From Ramlibacter sp. (lineage in GTDB: Bacteria > Pseudomonadota > Gammaproteobacteria > Burkholderiales > Burkholderiaceae_C), in the NCBI GenBank assembly GCA_022844525.1, contig JALHLO010000002.1, positions 1 through 56,179 on the forward strand: a stretch of 56,179 bases of DNA, given 5' to 3'. Shown here in pieces: positions 1 to 11,061 of this stretch (position 1 is the stretch's first letter; each line of letters opens with the position of its first letter). Below the pieces are notes generated by a model, which saw only the letters and a program-made list of their open reading frames with translations, did not search any database and had not been told where the DNA came from. The translations under genes were made by a program, and so were the position numbers.

Positions 1-1
1 G

Positions 2-748
2 CCCCTGGGGCAGGTGAGCGCCGAGGCCGGTCGGCTGGCCGCCGACGCGGTGACGTGGGCGGCGCGCGCCGCCCTGCGCGGGGACGTCGCCGGCCTGGTG
101 ACCGCCCCGCTGCACAAGGAAGCGCTCGCCGCCGCCGGCGTCCCCTTTCCCGGTCACACCGAGCTGCTGCAGGCCGAGGCCGCGCGGCACGCCGGCGTCG
201 CGGTGGAGCAGATGCCGGTGCGCATGATGCTGGCCAACGACGAACTGCGCACGGTGCTGGTGAGCATCCACGTGTCGCTGCGGCAGGCGCTGGACGCGGT
301 GACGCATGAGCGGGTGCTGGAGACGCTGCGCATCACCGGCCGCACGCTGCAGCGCTCGCTCGGGCGCCGCCCGCGCATCGCCGTGGCCGGCCTCAATCCC
401 CACGCCGGCGAAGGCGGCCTGTTCGGGCGCGAGGAGCTGGACGTGATCGTGCCGGCCATGCAGGCGGGCGAGCGCGAGGGCCTGGACCTGCACGGCCCGT
501 TCGCGCCGGACACCGTCTTCATGCGCGCGCGCCGCGGCGAATTCGACGTGGTCGTGGCGATGTACCACGACCAGGGCCTGATCCCGGTGAAGTACCTGGG
601 CGTGGAAAAGGGCGTGAACGTCACGCTCGGCCTGCCGCTGGTGCGCACCAGCCCCGACCATGGGACGGCGTTCGACATCGCGGGCACGGGCCGGGCCGAT
701 GCCTCCAGCCTGCTGGAGGCGATCCGGATGGCGCGCAGGCTCCTCTAG
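2..748 (+). CDS. pdxA: 4-hydroxythreonine-4-phosphate dehydrogenase PdxA family (5' end outside window)
   Basis: Motifs [48 protein letters not shown]; frame open from base 2. Confidence 0.93.
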   Translation, partial: PLGQVSAEAGRLAADAVTWAARAALRGDVAGLVTAPLHKEALAAAGVPFPGHTELLQAEAARHAGVAVEQMPVRMMLANDELRTVLVSIHVSLRQALDAVTHERVLETLRITGRTLQRSLGRRPRIAVAGLNPHAGEGGLFGREELDVIVPAMQAGEREGLDLHGPFAPDTVFMRARRGEFDVVVAMYHDQGLIPVKYLGVEKGVNVTLGLPLVRTSPDHGTAFDIAGTGRADASSLLEAIRMARRLL

Positions 749-1188
749 CGCGCGCCGCGCAGGCTGTCCCGGATCTCCCGCAGCAGCATCACGTCCTCCG
801 GCGGCGGCGCCGGCTCGGCAGCCTGCGCGGGGGTTTCGGCCTGCTGGCGGCGCAGGCGGTTGACCTGCTTGACCATCAGGAAGATCACGAAGGCCAGGAT
901 CAGGAAGTTGAGGGCCACCGTCACGAAGTTGCCCCAGGCCAGCACCGGCACGCCCGCCTTCTTGAGCGCGTCCAGGGTCATCGCGGTGCCCGCGGGCACC
1001 TCCGCCAGCACGATGAACAGGCTGGAGAAATCGAGCTTGCCGACGATGCGGCTGATGACCGGCATGACCACGTCGCCCACCAGCGAGTCGACGATCTTGG
1101 CGAAGGCCGCGCCGATGATGACGCCGACCGCCAGGTCGACGACGTTGCCCTTGACCGCGAACTCGCGGAATTCGTGCAGCAGTTTCAT
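745..1188 (-). CDS. mscL: Large-conductance mechanosensitive channel
   Basis: [29 protein letters not shown]...LLREIRDSL; ATG at 1188 inside the 745..1974 ORF. Confidence 0.96.
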   Translation of the reverse strand: MKLLHEFREFAVKGNVVDLAVGVIIGAAFAKIVDSLVGDVVMPVISRIVGKLDFSSLFIVLAEVPAGTAMTLDALKKAGVPVLAWGNFVTVALNFLILAFVIFLMVKQVNRLRRQQAETPAQAAEPAPPPEDVMLLREIRDSLRGAR

Positions 1189-1314
1189 GGGAGATCCCTC
1201 CGGTTGGAACGGCAGCGAGTATGCGCGTGGTCCGGCGTCAGTTTGAAGCAGGCCGAAACGAGCCGCTACAATCGCGGGTTGACCCTCAACAACGAGACAT
1301 CCTCGAGGACCCCC

Positions 1315-1914
1315 ATGAGCAACTCCACGGTGGACGCCAGCAAGCGGACCTGGCTGATCGCGTCCGGTTGCGCGGGCGCGGTGGGAGCGGGCTTTGTCGC
1401 CGTTCCCTTCGTCGCCAGCTTCCAACCCTCCGAGCGCGCCAAGGCTGCCGGCGCCCCCGTCGAAGTCGACATCTCGGCCCTGCAGCCGGGGCAGAAGATG
1501 ACGGTCGAATGGCGCGGCAAGCCCGTCTGGATCATGCGCCGCACCCCGGAGCAGCTCGCCGCGCTGCCGGCGCTCGATCCCAAGCTGGCCGACCCGAAGT
1601 CCGAGCGCAAGGCCTACCCGACGCCCGAGTACGCGCTGAACACCCACCGCTCGATCAAGCCGGAAGTGTTCGTCGCGGTGGGCATCTGCTCGCACCTGGG
1701 CTGCTCGCCCACCGACAAGCTGGCCGCCGGCCCGCAGCCCTCGCTGCCGGAAGACTGGCAGGGCGGCTTCCTGTGCCCCTGCCACGGCTCGACCTTCGAC
1801 CTGGCCGGCCGCGTCTACAAGAACGTGCCCGCGCCGGACAACCTGGAAGTGCCGCCCCACATGTACCTGTCGGACACGCGCCTGCTGATCGGCGAAGACA
1901 AGAAGAGTGCCTGA
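1315..1914 (+). CDS. petA: Ubiquinol-cytochrome c reductase Rieske Fe-S subunit
   Basis: CSHLGC and CPCHGS Rieske boxes; N-terminal TM anchor; GAGG RBS before ATG 1315. Confidence 0.96.
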   Translation: MSNSTVDASKRTWLIASGCAGAVGAGFVAVPFVASFQPSERAKAAGAPVEVDISALQPGQKMTVEWRGKPVWIMRRTPEQLAALPALDPKLADPKSERKAYPTPEYALNTHRSIKPEVFVAVGICSHLGCSPTDKLAAGPQPSLPEDWQGGFLCPCHGSTFDLAGRVYKNVPAPDNLEVPPHMYLSDTRLLIGEDKKSA

Positions 1915-1918
1915 GGCC

Positions 1919-3328
1919 ATGGCTGAATTCAAGGAAATCTCCCCGAACGCCAGCGCTGGCGCCAAGCTGACCAACTGGCTCGAGAACCGTTTCCCGACGG
2001 CATTCGACGCCTACAAGGTCCACATGTCGGAGTACTACGCTCCGAAGAACTTCAACTTCTGGTACTTCTTCGGGTCGCTGGCGCTGCTGGTGCTGGTGAT
2101 CCAGATCGTCACCGGCATCTTCCTGGTGATGCACTACAAGCCGGACGCGAACCTCGCCTTCGCCTCCGTCGAGTACATCATGCGCGACGTGCCCTGGGGC
2201 TGGCTGATCCGCTACATGCACTCCACCGGCGCCTCGGCGTTCTTCGTGGTGGTGTACCTGCACATGTTCAAGGCCATGATCTACGGCAGCTACCGCAAGC
2301 CGCGCGAGCTGGTCTGGATCTTCGGCGTGACGATCTTCCTGATGCTGATGGCCGAGGCCTTCTTCGGCTACCTGCTCCCGTGGGGCCAGATGTCCTACTG
2401 GGGCGCCCAGGTGATCGTGAACCTGTTCGCCGCCGTTCCCTTCGTGGGCCCGGACCTGGCGCTGCTGATCCGCGGCGACTACGTGGTGTCCGACGCCACC
2501 CTGAACCGCTTCTTCAGCTTCCACGTGATCGCGATCCCGCTGGTGCTGATCGGCCTGGTGGTCGCGCACCTGTTCTCGCTGCACGACGTCGGCTCCAACA
2601 ACCCGGACGGCGTGGACATCAAGGGCCCCGGCGCCCCGAAGGACGCCGCCGGCCACCCGGTCGACGGCATCCCGTTCCACCCCTACTACAGCGTGCACGA
2701 CATGGTCGGCGTCGCCGTCTTCCTGCTGGTGTTCAGCGCGATCATCTTCTTCGCGCCGGAGCTGGGCGGCTACTTCCTGGAGTACAACAACTTCATCCCG
2801 GCCGACCCGCTGAAGACCCCGCCGCACATCGCGCCGGTCTGGTACTTCACGCCCTTCTACTCGATGCTGCGCGCCACCACCGACTTCATGGTCGACGTGT
2901 TCTGCGTGCTGGTCGCCCTGGCCGCGCTGTTCGCGGTGTGGAAGATCCGCCTGTCCTTCGTGACCAAGGTGGTGGTGGTCGTCGCCGCGCTGGTCGCCAT
3001 CGTCCTGCTCAAGACCTTCGACGCGAAGTTCTGGGGCGTGGTGGTGATGGGCGGCGCCGTCGTGATCCTGTTCTTCCTGCCCTGGCTGGACCGCAGCCCC
3101 GTGCGCTCGATCCGCTACCGCCCGGGCTGGCACAAGTGGATGTACGGCGTTTTCGTCGTGTTCTTCATCGTGCTGGGCTACCTGGGCATCCAGCCGCCGT
3201 CGCCGGCCTTCACGCTGGTGGCGCAGATCGGCACCGTGTTCTACCTCGGCTTCTTCCTGCTGATGCCGTGGTGGAGCCGCATGGGCGAGTTCAAGCCCGT
3301 GCCGCAGCGCATCACCTTCGCGCATTGA
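1919..3328 (+). CDS. petB: Cytochrome b of the bc1 complex
   Basis: [31 protein letters not shown] (PEWY-equivalent) motifs; multi-TM. Confidence 0.97.
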   Translation: MAEFKEISPNASAGAKLTNWLENRFPTAFDAYKVHMSEYYAPKNFNFWYFFGSLALLVLVIQIVTGIFLVMHYKPDANLAFASVEYIMRDVPWGWLIRYMHSTGASAFFVVVYLHMFKAMIYGSYRKPRELVWIFGVTIFLMLMAEAFFGYLLPWGQMSYWGAQVIVNLFAAVPFVGPDLALLIRGDYVVSDATLNRFFSFHVIAIPLVLIGLVVAHLFSLHDVGSNNPDGVDIKGPGAPKDAAGHPVDGIPFHPYYSVHDMVGVAVFLLVFSAIIFFAPELGGYFLEYNNFIPADPLKTPPHIAPVWYFTPFYSMLRATTDFMVDVFCVLVALAALFAVWKIRLSFVTKVVVVVAALVAIVLLKTFDAKFWGVVVMGGAVVILFFLPWLDRSPVRSIRYRPGWHKWMYGVFVVFFIVLGYLGIQPPSPAFTLVAQIGTVFYLGFFLLMPWWSRMGEFKPVPQRITFAH

Positions 3329-3344
3329 CAGCGGAGCTCGCACC

Positions 3345-4103
3345 ATGAAAAAACTGATCCTCACCCTGATGCTGGCGCTCGGCGTGGCGGCCGGCGCGCA
3401 GGCCGCGGGCGGCGACGCGATCCACTGGGACAAGGCGCCCAGCCGCACCAACGACCTGCCGGCCCTGCAGAACGGCGCCCGGCTGTTCGTCAACTACTGC
3501 CTGAACTGCCACTCGGCGGCCTACATGCGCTTCAACCGCCTGCAGGACATCGGCATCTCCGAGCAGCAGATCAAGGACAACCTGCTGACGGTCGGCGGCA
3601 AGGTCGGCGACACGATGGTCGCGCCGATGGACCCGAAGGAAGCCAAGGAATGGTTCGGCGGCGTGCCGCCCGACCTGACGCTGATCGCGCGCTCGCGCGC
3701 GGGCGGCGGCGGCACCGGCGCGGACTACCTGTACACCTACATGCGCACCTTCTACCGCGACCCGGAGAAGGCCACCGGCTGGAACAACCTGGCCTTCCCC
3801 AGCGTCGGCATGCCGCACGTGTTCTGGGAACTGCAGGGCGAGCGCGAGCCGCAGTTCGCCACCGAGAAGTCCCACGGACACGACGTGAAGGTGTTCAAGG
3901 GCTGGAAGCAGGTGTCGGCCGGCACCATGACCCCCCTGCAGTACGACCAGGCGGTCGGCGACCTCGTGGGCTACCTGCAGTGGATGGCCGAGCCGGTGCA
4001 GAACCAGCGCGTGCGCATCGGCGCCTGGGTCATGCTGTTCCTGGGCGTCCTGCTGGTCATCGTCTGGAGGCTCAACGCGGCCTTCTGGAAAGACATTCAC
4101 TAG
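3345..4103 (+). CDS. petC: Cytochrome c1
   Basis: Signal peptide, CLNCH heme motif, PPDL, C-terminal TM helix; follows petAB. Confidence 0.96.
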   Translation: MKKLILTLMLALGVAAGAQAAGGDAIHWDKAPSRTNDLPALQNGARLFVNYCLNCHSAAYMRFNRLQDIGISEQQIKDNLLTVGGKVGDTMVAPMDPKEAKEWFGGVPPDLTLIARSRAGGGGTGADYLYTYMRTFYRDPEKATGWNNLAFPSVGMPHVFWELQGEREPQFATEKSHGHDVKVFKGWKQVSAGTMTPLQYDQAVGDLVGYLQWMAEPVQNQRVRIGAWVMLFLGVLLVIVWRLNAAFWKDIH

Positions 4104-4147
4104 CGGCAGGCGCGGGACGTCGCAGACGCCCGCGCGTGCTTCGTTGT

Positions 4148-4180
4148 AGAGTGGGCTGCCTCGCGCACCCACTCTTTTTG
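4148..4180 (+). terminator. Probable intrinsic terminator after petABC
   Basis: AGAGTGGG-N12-CCCACTCT stem followed by a T tract. Confidence 0.6.
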
Positions 4181-4200
4181 GTTTTTAAAGGACTTTCAAA

Positions 4201-4812
4201 ATGATGGTGCTGTATTCGGGAACCACCTGCCCCTTCTCCCATCGCTGCCGCTTCGTGCTGTTCGAAAAGGGCATGGACTTCGAGATCCGTGACGTCGACC
4301 TGTACAACAAGCCGGAAGACATCAACGTCATGAACCCGTACGGCCAGGTCCCCATCCTGGTCGAGCGCGACCTGATCCTGTACGAGTCGAACATCATCAA
4401 CGAGTACATCGACGAGCGCTTCCCGCACCCGCAGCTGATGCCCGGCGACCCGGTGGACCGCGCGCGCGTGCGCCTGTTCCTGCTGAATTTCGAGAAGGAA
4501 CTGTTCGTGCACGTGTCGACGCTGGAGTCGCGCGCCGCCAAGTCCAACGAGAAGGCACTGGAGAAGGCCCGCTCGCACATCCGCGACCGCCTCACGCAGC
4601 TCGCGCCGGTGTTCCTGAAGAACAAGTACATGCTGGGCGAGAACTTCTCGATGCTCGACGTGGCCATCGCGCCGCTGCTCTGGCGCCTGGACTACTACGG
4701 CATCGAGCTGTCCAAGAACGCCGCGCCGCTGCTGAAGTATGCTGAGCGCATCTTCTCGCGTCCCGCGTACATCGAGGCACTCACCCCCTCGGAAAAGGTG
4801 ATGCGGAAGTAA
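4201..4812 (+). CDS. sspA: Stringent starvation protein A (GST fold)
   Basis: CPFSHRCR, NPYGQVP, YESNIINEYIDERFPHP; pet-sspAB synteny. Confidence 0.95.
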   Translation: MMVLYSGTTCPFSHRCRFVLFEKGMDFEIRDVDLYNKPEDINVMNPYGQVPILVERDLILYESNIINEYIDERFPHPQLMPGDPVDRARVRLFLLNFEKELFVHVSTLESRAAKSNEKALEKARSHIRDRLTQLAPVFLKNKYMLGENFSMLDVAIAPLLWRLDYYGIELSKNAAPLLKYAERIFSRPAYIEALTPSEKVMRK

Positions 4813-4842
4813 CACCGCCTGACCCGCATTCCCGCAGGACCG

Positions 4843-5346
4843 ATGAACGCACTGGAATCCACCTCGACCCGCCCGTACCTGATCCGGGCGCTTTACGAAT
4901 GGTGCACCGACAACGGCTTCACGCCCTACGTCGCGGTGCTGGTGGACGACTCGGTGCAGGTCCCGCGCGAGTATGTGAAGAACGGTGAAATCGTGCTGAA
5001 CATCAGTTACGACGCCACCAGCTCGCTCAAGCTCGGGAACGACTTCATCGAGTTCAAGGCGCGCTTCGCGGGCACGGCGCGCGAGATCATGGTGCCGGTC
5101 AACCGGGTGATCGCGATCTACGCGCGCGAGAACGGCCAGGGCATGGCCTTCCCGGTGCCCGTGGCCGGCGCGGTGGAAGACGCCACGCCGTCCAAGCCCT
5201 CGCCGTTGTCCAGCGTCCCGGCCGCCCCCGCGGAAGAGGGCAAGGTGGTGCAGCTGGTGCCGGAAGAAGGCAGCGGCAAGCCGCCGGAGCACGAGCCGCC
5301 CAAGCCGCCCAGCGGCCCGCGGCCGGCGCTCAAGCGGGTCAAGTAG
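4843..5346 (+). CDS. sspB: ClpXP specificity-enhancing factor
   Basis: RPYLIRALYEWCTDN, IYARENGQG, C-terminal RPALKRVK ClpX-binding tail. Confidence 0.95.
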   Translation: MNALESTSTRPYLIRALYEWCTDNGFTPYVAVLVDDSVQVPREYVKNGEIVLNISYDATSSLKLGNDFIEFKARFAGTAREIMVPVNRVIAIYARENGQGMAFPVPVAGAVEDATPSKPSPLSSVPAAPAEEGKVVQLVPEEGSGKPPEHEPPKPPSGPRPALKRVK

Positions 5347-5362
5347 CATTCCCTTTCCCACT

Positions 5363-5438
5363 GCCGGTTTAGCTCAGTTGGTAGAGCAACCGCCTTGTAA
5401 GCGGTAGGTCGCGTGTTCGACTCACGCAACCGGCACCA
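5363..5438 (+). tRNA. tRNA-Thr (anticodon TGT)
   Basis: 76 nt cloverleaf: acceptor GCCGGTT/AACCGGC, D arm GCTC..GAGC, anticodon stem ACCGC/GCGGT with loop CTTGTAA, TTCGA T loop, 3' CCA. Confidence 0.97.
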
Positions 5439-5602
5439 TCTCCTGAACCAGGCTACCGTTGGGCCTGTCGCTTCACTGCAATCAAAAAGCGCGAACAAAT
5501 CAAGGGCTTGCGCGCTGCGGGCTGGCAAAACCTCGCCCAGTCCGTGCCTTGATTGTGTCAATACCCCACCAGCGCGAACTTGCAGCGAGATGCTGCTGCC
5601 TC

Positions 5603-7069
5603 CTAGCCTGCCGTGCGCGGCTTCACGCGTCCGATGTCTTCATACACGTGCTTGGTCTCGAGGAATTCCAGCATCGCTTCGGCCCCGTGCAGGCGGCCGT
5701 AGCCGCTGGCGCCGAAGCCGCCGGTTTCCGCCTCGGGCAACAGCTTGTTGTGGGTGTTGATCCACACCGTCCCGCTGCGCAAGGCACGCGCCACCCGGCG
5801 CGCACGCGCGCCGTCATGCGTCCACACGCTCGCCGACAGCCCATAGCGCGTAGCGTTGGCCCGTGCTACGGCCTCGCCCTCTTCACGGAAGCTTTCGAGG
5901 TTGAGCACCGGGCCGAAGAACTCCTCTTGCACGAAGGGTGAATCGAGGGCGCTGACCTGGATCAGGCTGGGGCGGATGAAGGCCCCGCGCGCAAGACGGC
6001 CGTCCAGCACCTCGCCTCGGACGATCACTTCCCCATGCTGGGGCGCCTCCTCGACCAGGCGCGCTATGCGGTCGCGATTGGCGATGTCGATCTGCGGCCC
6101 CATCTGGCTTTCCGGCTCGGTGGCCGGCCCCACCGCGATGCTGCGGAAGTGCGTCGCCAGCGCCTCACGCAGGGGCGCGATCAGGCTTTCGTGCGCCAGA
6201 ACCCGGTCGAGCGCGGTGCACTGCTGGCCCGCGGCGATCGTGGCGGCGGCCGCCAGCTGCGCGGCGATGGCCTTCGGGTCCGCATCGGCGAACACGATGG
6301 CGGGCGCCTTGCCGCCGAGTTCCAGGTTGAGGCGCTTGAGCGTCGGCGCGGCACTCGCCATGATGCGCTGGCCGACCCGCACGCTGCCGGTAAAGCTGAT
6401 CACGTCGACGTCGCTGGACGCCACCAGTGCCTCGCTCGGCTCGCTTCCGGTGCAGCTGTAGAAGTTGACCACGCCCGCCGGGAGGTTCGGCACCTCGACC
6501 AGGCAGCGCAGCAGTTCGGTCTGGAACAGCGCCGACTGCGGCGCCATCTTGATCACGCTCGTGCATCCGGCAGCCATTGCCGGCGCCAGCGAGCGCACCA
6601 GCAGGATCGCTGGAGCATTCCAGGGCACGATGATGCCGGCCACGCCGGCCGCTTCGCGGCTGAGCACGGACAGGGCGCCCGGCTCGACCTCGGTGGTGCG
6701 GCCGAAGATGGTGCGTGCCAAGCCCGCATAGAACCGGATCTCCGACACGGTGCCGGCCAGCTCGGCTTGCGCCGGCCGCAACAGCTTGCCGGTTTCCCGG
6801 GCCAGCAGCAGCGCCAGTTCGTCGGCGCGGCGCTCGACGCGGTTGGCGAACTCCAGCATGACGGCCGCACGCAGGCGCGGCGCATGGGCCCAGTCGCTGT
6901 GCTCGAAGGCGCGGCGAGCGGAGCTGATGGCGGCCTCGGCGACGCCGATGTCGGCGTCGGCGAACTGGCCGAGCACCAGGCCGCTGGAGGGGTCGATGCT
7001 GTCGGCGACGGCCCGGCTGGCGACCGGCGTCCATTGGCCGCCGATCCAGGGTTGCGCGATGGGGGTCAT
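5603..7069 (-). CDS. NAD(P)-dependent aldehyde dehydrogenase (possible furan-aldehyde dehydrogenase)
   Basis: IVPWN, SFTGS, LELGGK, catalytic Cys in GQQC, EEFFGPV; start taken at MTPIAQ. Confidence 0.9.
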   Translation of the reverse strand: MTPIAQPWIGGQWTPVASRAVADSIDPSSGLVLGQFADADIGVAEAAISSARRAFEHSDWAHAPRLRAAVMLEFANRVERRADELALLLARETGKLLRPAQAELAGTVSEIRFYAGLARTIFGRTTEVEPGALSVLSREAAGVAGIIVPWNAPAILLVRSLAPAMAAGCTSVIKMAPQSALFQTELLRCLVEVPNLPAGVVNFYSCTGSEPSEALVASSDVDVISFTGSVRVGQRIMASAAPTLKRLNLELGGKAPAIVFADADPKAIAAQLAAAATIAAGQQCTALDRVLAHESLIAPLREALATHFRSIAVGPATEPESQMGPQIDIANRDRIARLVEEAPQHGEVIVRGEVLDGRLARGAFIRPSLIQVSALDSPFVQEEFFGPVLNLESFREEGEAVARANATRYGLSASVWTHDGARARRVARALRSGTVWINTHNKLLPEAETGGFGASGYGRLHGAEAMLEFLETKHVYEDIGRVKPRTAG

Positions 7070-7132
7070 GTCTGTTCTCTCTCCGATGGGGCCGCGCTGC
7101 GGCAACTGCGATTCAGCCAGCGCCGGCGGCGG

Positions 7133-7891
7133 TCAATGCATGACCGAGCCGCCGTCCACCACCAGCGTCTCGCCCGTCATGAAGGCGCAGGCGTCGGAGG
7201 CGAGGAACAGCAGTGGCTCGATCAGGTCTTCCGGGGTCTGGTCACGCTTGATGGCGCGGCTGGCGAGCACGGGTCCGGTCAGCTTCTCGCGCATGTCGGT
7301 GTTCTGGATCACCCCTTCGCTGAGCACCAGGCCGGGCGCCAGCGTGTTGACGCAGATGCCGTCACCGCCGACTTCGCGTGCCAGTGCCCGGGTCAGCGCC
7401 AGGATGGCGCCCTTGGAGGTCACGTAGTGCAGCAGGTTCGGCGTGCCCTTGAACGGTGTGCCGGACGAGATGTTGACGATGCGTCCGTAGCCCCTGCCGC
7501 GCATGAACGGCACCACGGCCTTGGCGCAGACGAAGGGCCCCCGGACGTTGACCGCCATCACCTTGTCCCACTCGGCCACGTCGATCTCGGAAAACGGCTT
7601 CAACTGCAACGAGGCATACACCGCCGCGTTGTTGACCAGGATGTCGATGCGGCCGAAATGCTCGTTGACCGCCTCGGCCATCGCCAGGACCGAGGCTTCG
7701 TCGGCGACGTTCACCTGGACCGCCATCGCACGGCCCCCATCGGCTTCGATTTCCCTGGCCACCCCCGTGCCGTCCAGGATGTCGGCGATGGCGACGCGCG
7801 CGCCTTCGGCCGCCATCGCACGCGCGTAGGCAGCACCTATCCCTTGCGCGCCGCCGGTGATGATGGCGACGCGATCCTTGAGCTTCTGCAT
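7133..7891 (-). CDS. Short-chain dehydrogenase/reductase
   Basis: TGGAQGIG, NNAA, YVTSK catalytic motif. Confidence 0.92.
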   Translation of the reverse strand: MQKLKDRVAIITGGAQGIGAAYARAMAAEGARVAIADILDGTGVAREIEADGGRAMAVQVNVADEASVLAMAEAVNEHFGRIDILVNNAAVYASLQLKPFSEIDVAEWDKVMAVNVRGPFVCAKAVVPFMRGRGYGRIVNISSGTPFKGTPNLLHYVTSKGAILALTRALAREVGGDGICVNTLAPGLVLSEGVIQNTDMREKLTGPVLASRAIKRDQTPEDLIEPLLFLASDACAFMTGETLVVDGGSVMH

Positions 7892-7949
7892 GGACTTCTT
7901 CCGATGAGTGGAGGGATGGAGGGCGACGCAGACGCGACGCCCGAACCGG

Positions 7950-9212
7950 TTAATTGATGAAGGCGGTCACCAGATACGGCTGCCAGCACAGCAGGATCAG
8001 GATCAGCAGCGTGGCAACCAGGAACGGCATCAGCGGGCGCAGGATCTCAGCCGGCGTCGCACCGGTCACGCGCGCGGCCACGTAGAGCGCCGTGCCCACC
8101 GGCGGCGTCAGCAGCCCCAGCGTCAGGTTGATGCAAATGACCACGCCGAAGTGGTAGGGGTTGATGCCGTACACCTGGGTCGCCACCGGCAGCAGGATGG
8201 GCACCAGCAGGATCAGGGCGGCGATGCCGTCGATCACGGTGCCGACCGCCAGCAGCAGCGCGGTGACCAGCAGCATGAAGGTGAAGGGGTCGGTGGTGAT
8301 CTGCTGCAGCAGCAAGGCCAGTTGCTGCGGGATCTTCTCGAACACGATGACCCAGCCGAAGACGCCGGCCGCGGCCACGAGGGCCAGCACCACCGCGCTG
8401 TTGACGGCCACCCGCAGCAGCATGTCGCCGATGCGGTCGAAACGGATTTCCTTGTGCGCGAAGATGCCGACCAGCACGGCCGTCAGGGCGCCCACCGCCG
8501 CCGCTTCGGTCGGCGTCGTGATCCCGCCGAGGATGCCGCCGATCATGACGATCGGCACCAGCAGCGATGGAATGGCGGCCCCGATGTTACGCAGCTTCTG
8601 CTGGCGTGACAGGCGTTCGCCCGGCGGGTACTTGTAGCGGTAGCCAAGCAGCGCGATCACGCAGATGAAGGCAAAGGCCATCAACAGGCCGGGCACGATG
8701 CCGGCGATGAACATGTCGCCGATCGAGATCTGGGCCAGCACGCCGAAGATCACGAACAGCATGGACGGTGGAATCACCGGGGCGAGCAGGGCGCCGGCGC
8801 AGGTGGTGGCCGTCGCGAAGCCGCGCGGGTAGCCCTGTCTTACCATTTCCGGCACCATCACCTGCGCCATCACCGCGACCTGCGCATTGGCCGAGCCCAT
8901 GATGGAGGCAAGGAACATGTTGGCCAGGATGTTGATGTAGGCGAGCCCGCCGCGCAGGTGGCCCACGAACACCGAGGCCAGCGCCACCAGCCGGCGCGTG
9001 ATGCCGCCTTCGTTCATCAGTTCGCCCACCGCCAGGAACAGCGGTATCGCCAGCAAGCCGTAGTTTTCGAGACCGGCAAAGAATTGCTGCGGGAACGACA
9101 GGTAGAGCACCGGGTTGCCGCTTGCATAGATGTAGGTCAGCGCGACCATCGCCAGCACCAGCGCGATGGGGAGGCCGAGAAACAGCAGGGAGGTGAAGAC
9201 GGCCGCGATCAT
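7950..9212 (-). CDS. TRAP transporter large permease (DctM family)
   Basis: LLAIPLF, IPPS, TPTEAA, GLLTPPVG motifs; ATG 9212 overlaps the upstream stop. Confidence 0.92.
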   Translation of the reverse strand: MIAAVFTSLLFLGLPIALVLAMVALTYIYASGNPVLYLSFPQQFFAGLENYGLLAIPLFLAVGELMNEGGITRRLVALASVFVGHLRGGLAYINILANMFLASIMGSANAQVAVMAQVMVPEMVRQGYPRGFATATTCAGALLAPVIPPSMLFVIFGVLAQISIGDMFIAGIVPGLLMAFAFICVIALLGYRYKYPPGERLSRQQKLRNIGAAIPSLLVPIVMIGGILGGITTPTEAAAVGALTAVLVGIFAHKEIRFDRIGDMLLRVAVNSAVVLALVAAAGVFGWVIVFEKIPQQLALLLQQITTDPFTFMLLVTALLLAVGTVIDGIAALILLVPILLPVATQVYGINPYHFGVVICINLTLGLLTPPVGTALYVAARVTGATPAEILRPLMPFLVATLLILILLCWQPYLVTAFIN

Positions 9213-9805
9213 CGGTTCGCTCCACCGTCGCCGGCCAGTGTGGCCGGCAAGCCGGACGGGGTGCCCACCGTGGCGGGCGTCGCCACGGTTTGCAGCAGGT
9301 TGGACAGCGCATGCACGCTGATGGTGACGGCCACCAGCGGCACGACCAGCCAGAACCAGAACTTGGCGACCCCGAGCGTGGCCGTGGTGTCCTGGTACAT
9401 GAAGTTGAAGGTCTGGCCGGAGAATTCGCGCGTGTCGAATCCCAGGCGCATCAGCGTCACCGGGTCGAACCAGCGGTAGCACAGCACCAGCAGGGTGATG
9501 CCGAACAGCAGCACCAGCAGATCGATCAGGATCTTCATCGCCTTCGCCAGCAAGGGCGGCACCGCGTCGACCAGCATCGTGACCGCGACCGCATCGCGCG
9601 TCTTGAGCGTCGTCGACATGCCGATCATCGCCAGCCACACCATCAGCAGGATGCACAGTTCGTCCATCCAGTAGATCGGGCTGCGCATGGCGCGACCGGC
9701 CACGTTGGCCAGGACCATCAACGGCAGCGCCAGGGCGATCAGGCGCAGCACGCCGCGTTCTGCTTGTGCGATCCGGTCGCTCAGGTTTGTAATGGTTTTC
9801 AGCAG
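9209..9805 (-). CDS. TRAP transporter small permease (DctQ family); start uncertain, probably CTG
   Basis: Four TM segments, NV..R...IYWMDEL motif; lies between dctP and dctM; GGAG RBS precedes CTG at 9805. Confidence 0.8.
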   Translation of the reverse strand: MLKTITNLSDRIAQAERGVLRLIALALPLMVLANVAGRAMRSPIYWMDELCILLMVWLAMIGMSTTLKTRDAVAVTMLVDAVPPLLAKAMKILIDLLVLLFGITLLVLCYRWFDPVTLMRLGFDTREFSGQTFNFMYQDTTATLGVAKFWFWLVVPLVAVTISVHALSNLLQTVATPATVGTPSGLPATLAGDGGANR

Positions 9806-9866
9806 GGCAGGTCTCCAGCTTGAAAGCGGCGCGGGGCGCGGCGCGCCCCGGCCCGCCTCCGGGCCC

Positions 9867-10844
9867 TTACTTGATGGCTGCGGCCTCGCGGCGCAGATCG
9901 GCCAGCACCGGAGTGCGCTTGAGCCAGATGTCTTCCCACTGCTTGAGCGTCCCACCGAAGAACTCGGGGCCGACCTTCACCACCTTGACCTTGGTGCCCT
10001 GCACGCTCTTTTCCATCTCCTGCTCCACCTGGACGTACTTGTCGAACAGGCCGTTGAGGTGCTTGCGCGCGGCGCCGGCGACCAGGTCGCGGTCGGCCGG
10101 GGACATGGTCTGCCACAGGCGGCCGGAGACCAGGCCCACGACCGGGAACATCATGTGGTTCGATTGCAGCAGCGTGTTGCCGCGCTCGTAGAACTTCATG
10201 CGGTACACCAGTTCCATGTCCGCATCCACGCCATCCACCTGGCCGTTGGCCAGCGAGTCGTAGACGTCGGTCAGGGGCATCGGGGTCGAAGCCGCTCCCA
10301 GCAGCTGGTAGAAGTCGCGCACCGGGGGGAACGGCGTGATGCGCATCTTGCGGCCCTTCAGGTCGGTCACGGCGTTGGTCGGGAAGCCATTGAGCATCAG
10401 CCGCATCGAGGCCACGCCGTAGCCGACCCCCACCGCCCCGACTTCACGCGGCAGGCGCTCGAGCATCTTCTGCGCGGTCGGGCCGTTCAGCAGAACGCCG
10501 GCCTGCCGCACGTCCTTGACGAGGTAGGGCGCAAACAGCGCGCTGTAGTCGGGCACGCGGTTGGTGATTTCGGCGGCGGTCATGAAGGCCATGTCGAGCG
10601 CGCCGGTCTGCAGCTGCTGCAGCATCTGCGCCTCGTTACCGAGCTGGCCGGACGGGAAGATCGTGACCGAATACTTGCCGTTGGTCTTTTGCTTGAGCTC
10701 TTCACCCATCGCGACGGCGGCCTTCGACCATTCGTGGCTGGCCGGCACGATCAGGCCCAGGCGCATCTCCTTGGCATGGGCTGCCGCGCCGATGGTGAGG
10801 CCGGCGGTGACGGCCAGGATGGTGAGCAGCTTCTCGAATTTCAT
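9867..10844 (-). CDS. TRAP transporter substrate-binding protein (DctP family)
   Basis: Signal peptide, IFPSGQLG, DLKGRKMR, VYDSLANGQVDG; AAGGAG RBS. Confidence 0.92.
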   Translation of the reverse strand: MKFEKLLTILAVTAGLTIGAAAHAKEMRLGLIVPASHEWSKAAVAMGEELKQKTNGKYSVTIFPSGQLGNEAQMLQQLQTGALDMAFMTAAEITNRVPDYSALFAPYLVKDVRQAGVLLNGPTAQKMLERLPREVGAVGVGYGVASMRLMLNGFPTNAVTDLKGRKMRITPFPPVRDFYQLLGAASTPMPLTDVYDSLANGQVDGVDADMELVYRMKFYERGNTLLQSNHMMFPVVGLVSGRLWQTMSPADRDLVAGAARKHLNGLFDKYVQVEQEMEKSVQGTKVKVVKVGPEFFGGTLKQWEDIWLKRTPVLADLRREAAAIK

Positions 10845-11061
10845 GTGTTGTCTCCTTCGTGTGTGGGGCTCTCGACTTGATGGAGCTTGCCGCTGGCCGG
10901 CATGCTTGCCTGCCTGCCAGCGCACTCTTGCGATCCGAACTCTAAGAGCCGGCGCCGGGCACCGCATTGACAGAAGCTCCGGCTTTTTGCCATGGAGTCT
11001 GGATCGATGTGCGGTCGCAGCATGGGTGCGCGACCGCGGGGCGCAAGGCCGCCCCTGCTGG

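Noticed and set aside
5413-5760. Small ORFs right after the tRNA as an integrase remnant
   Set aside because: No tyrosine-recombinase motifs recognisable; the ORFs overlap the tRNA and ALDH
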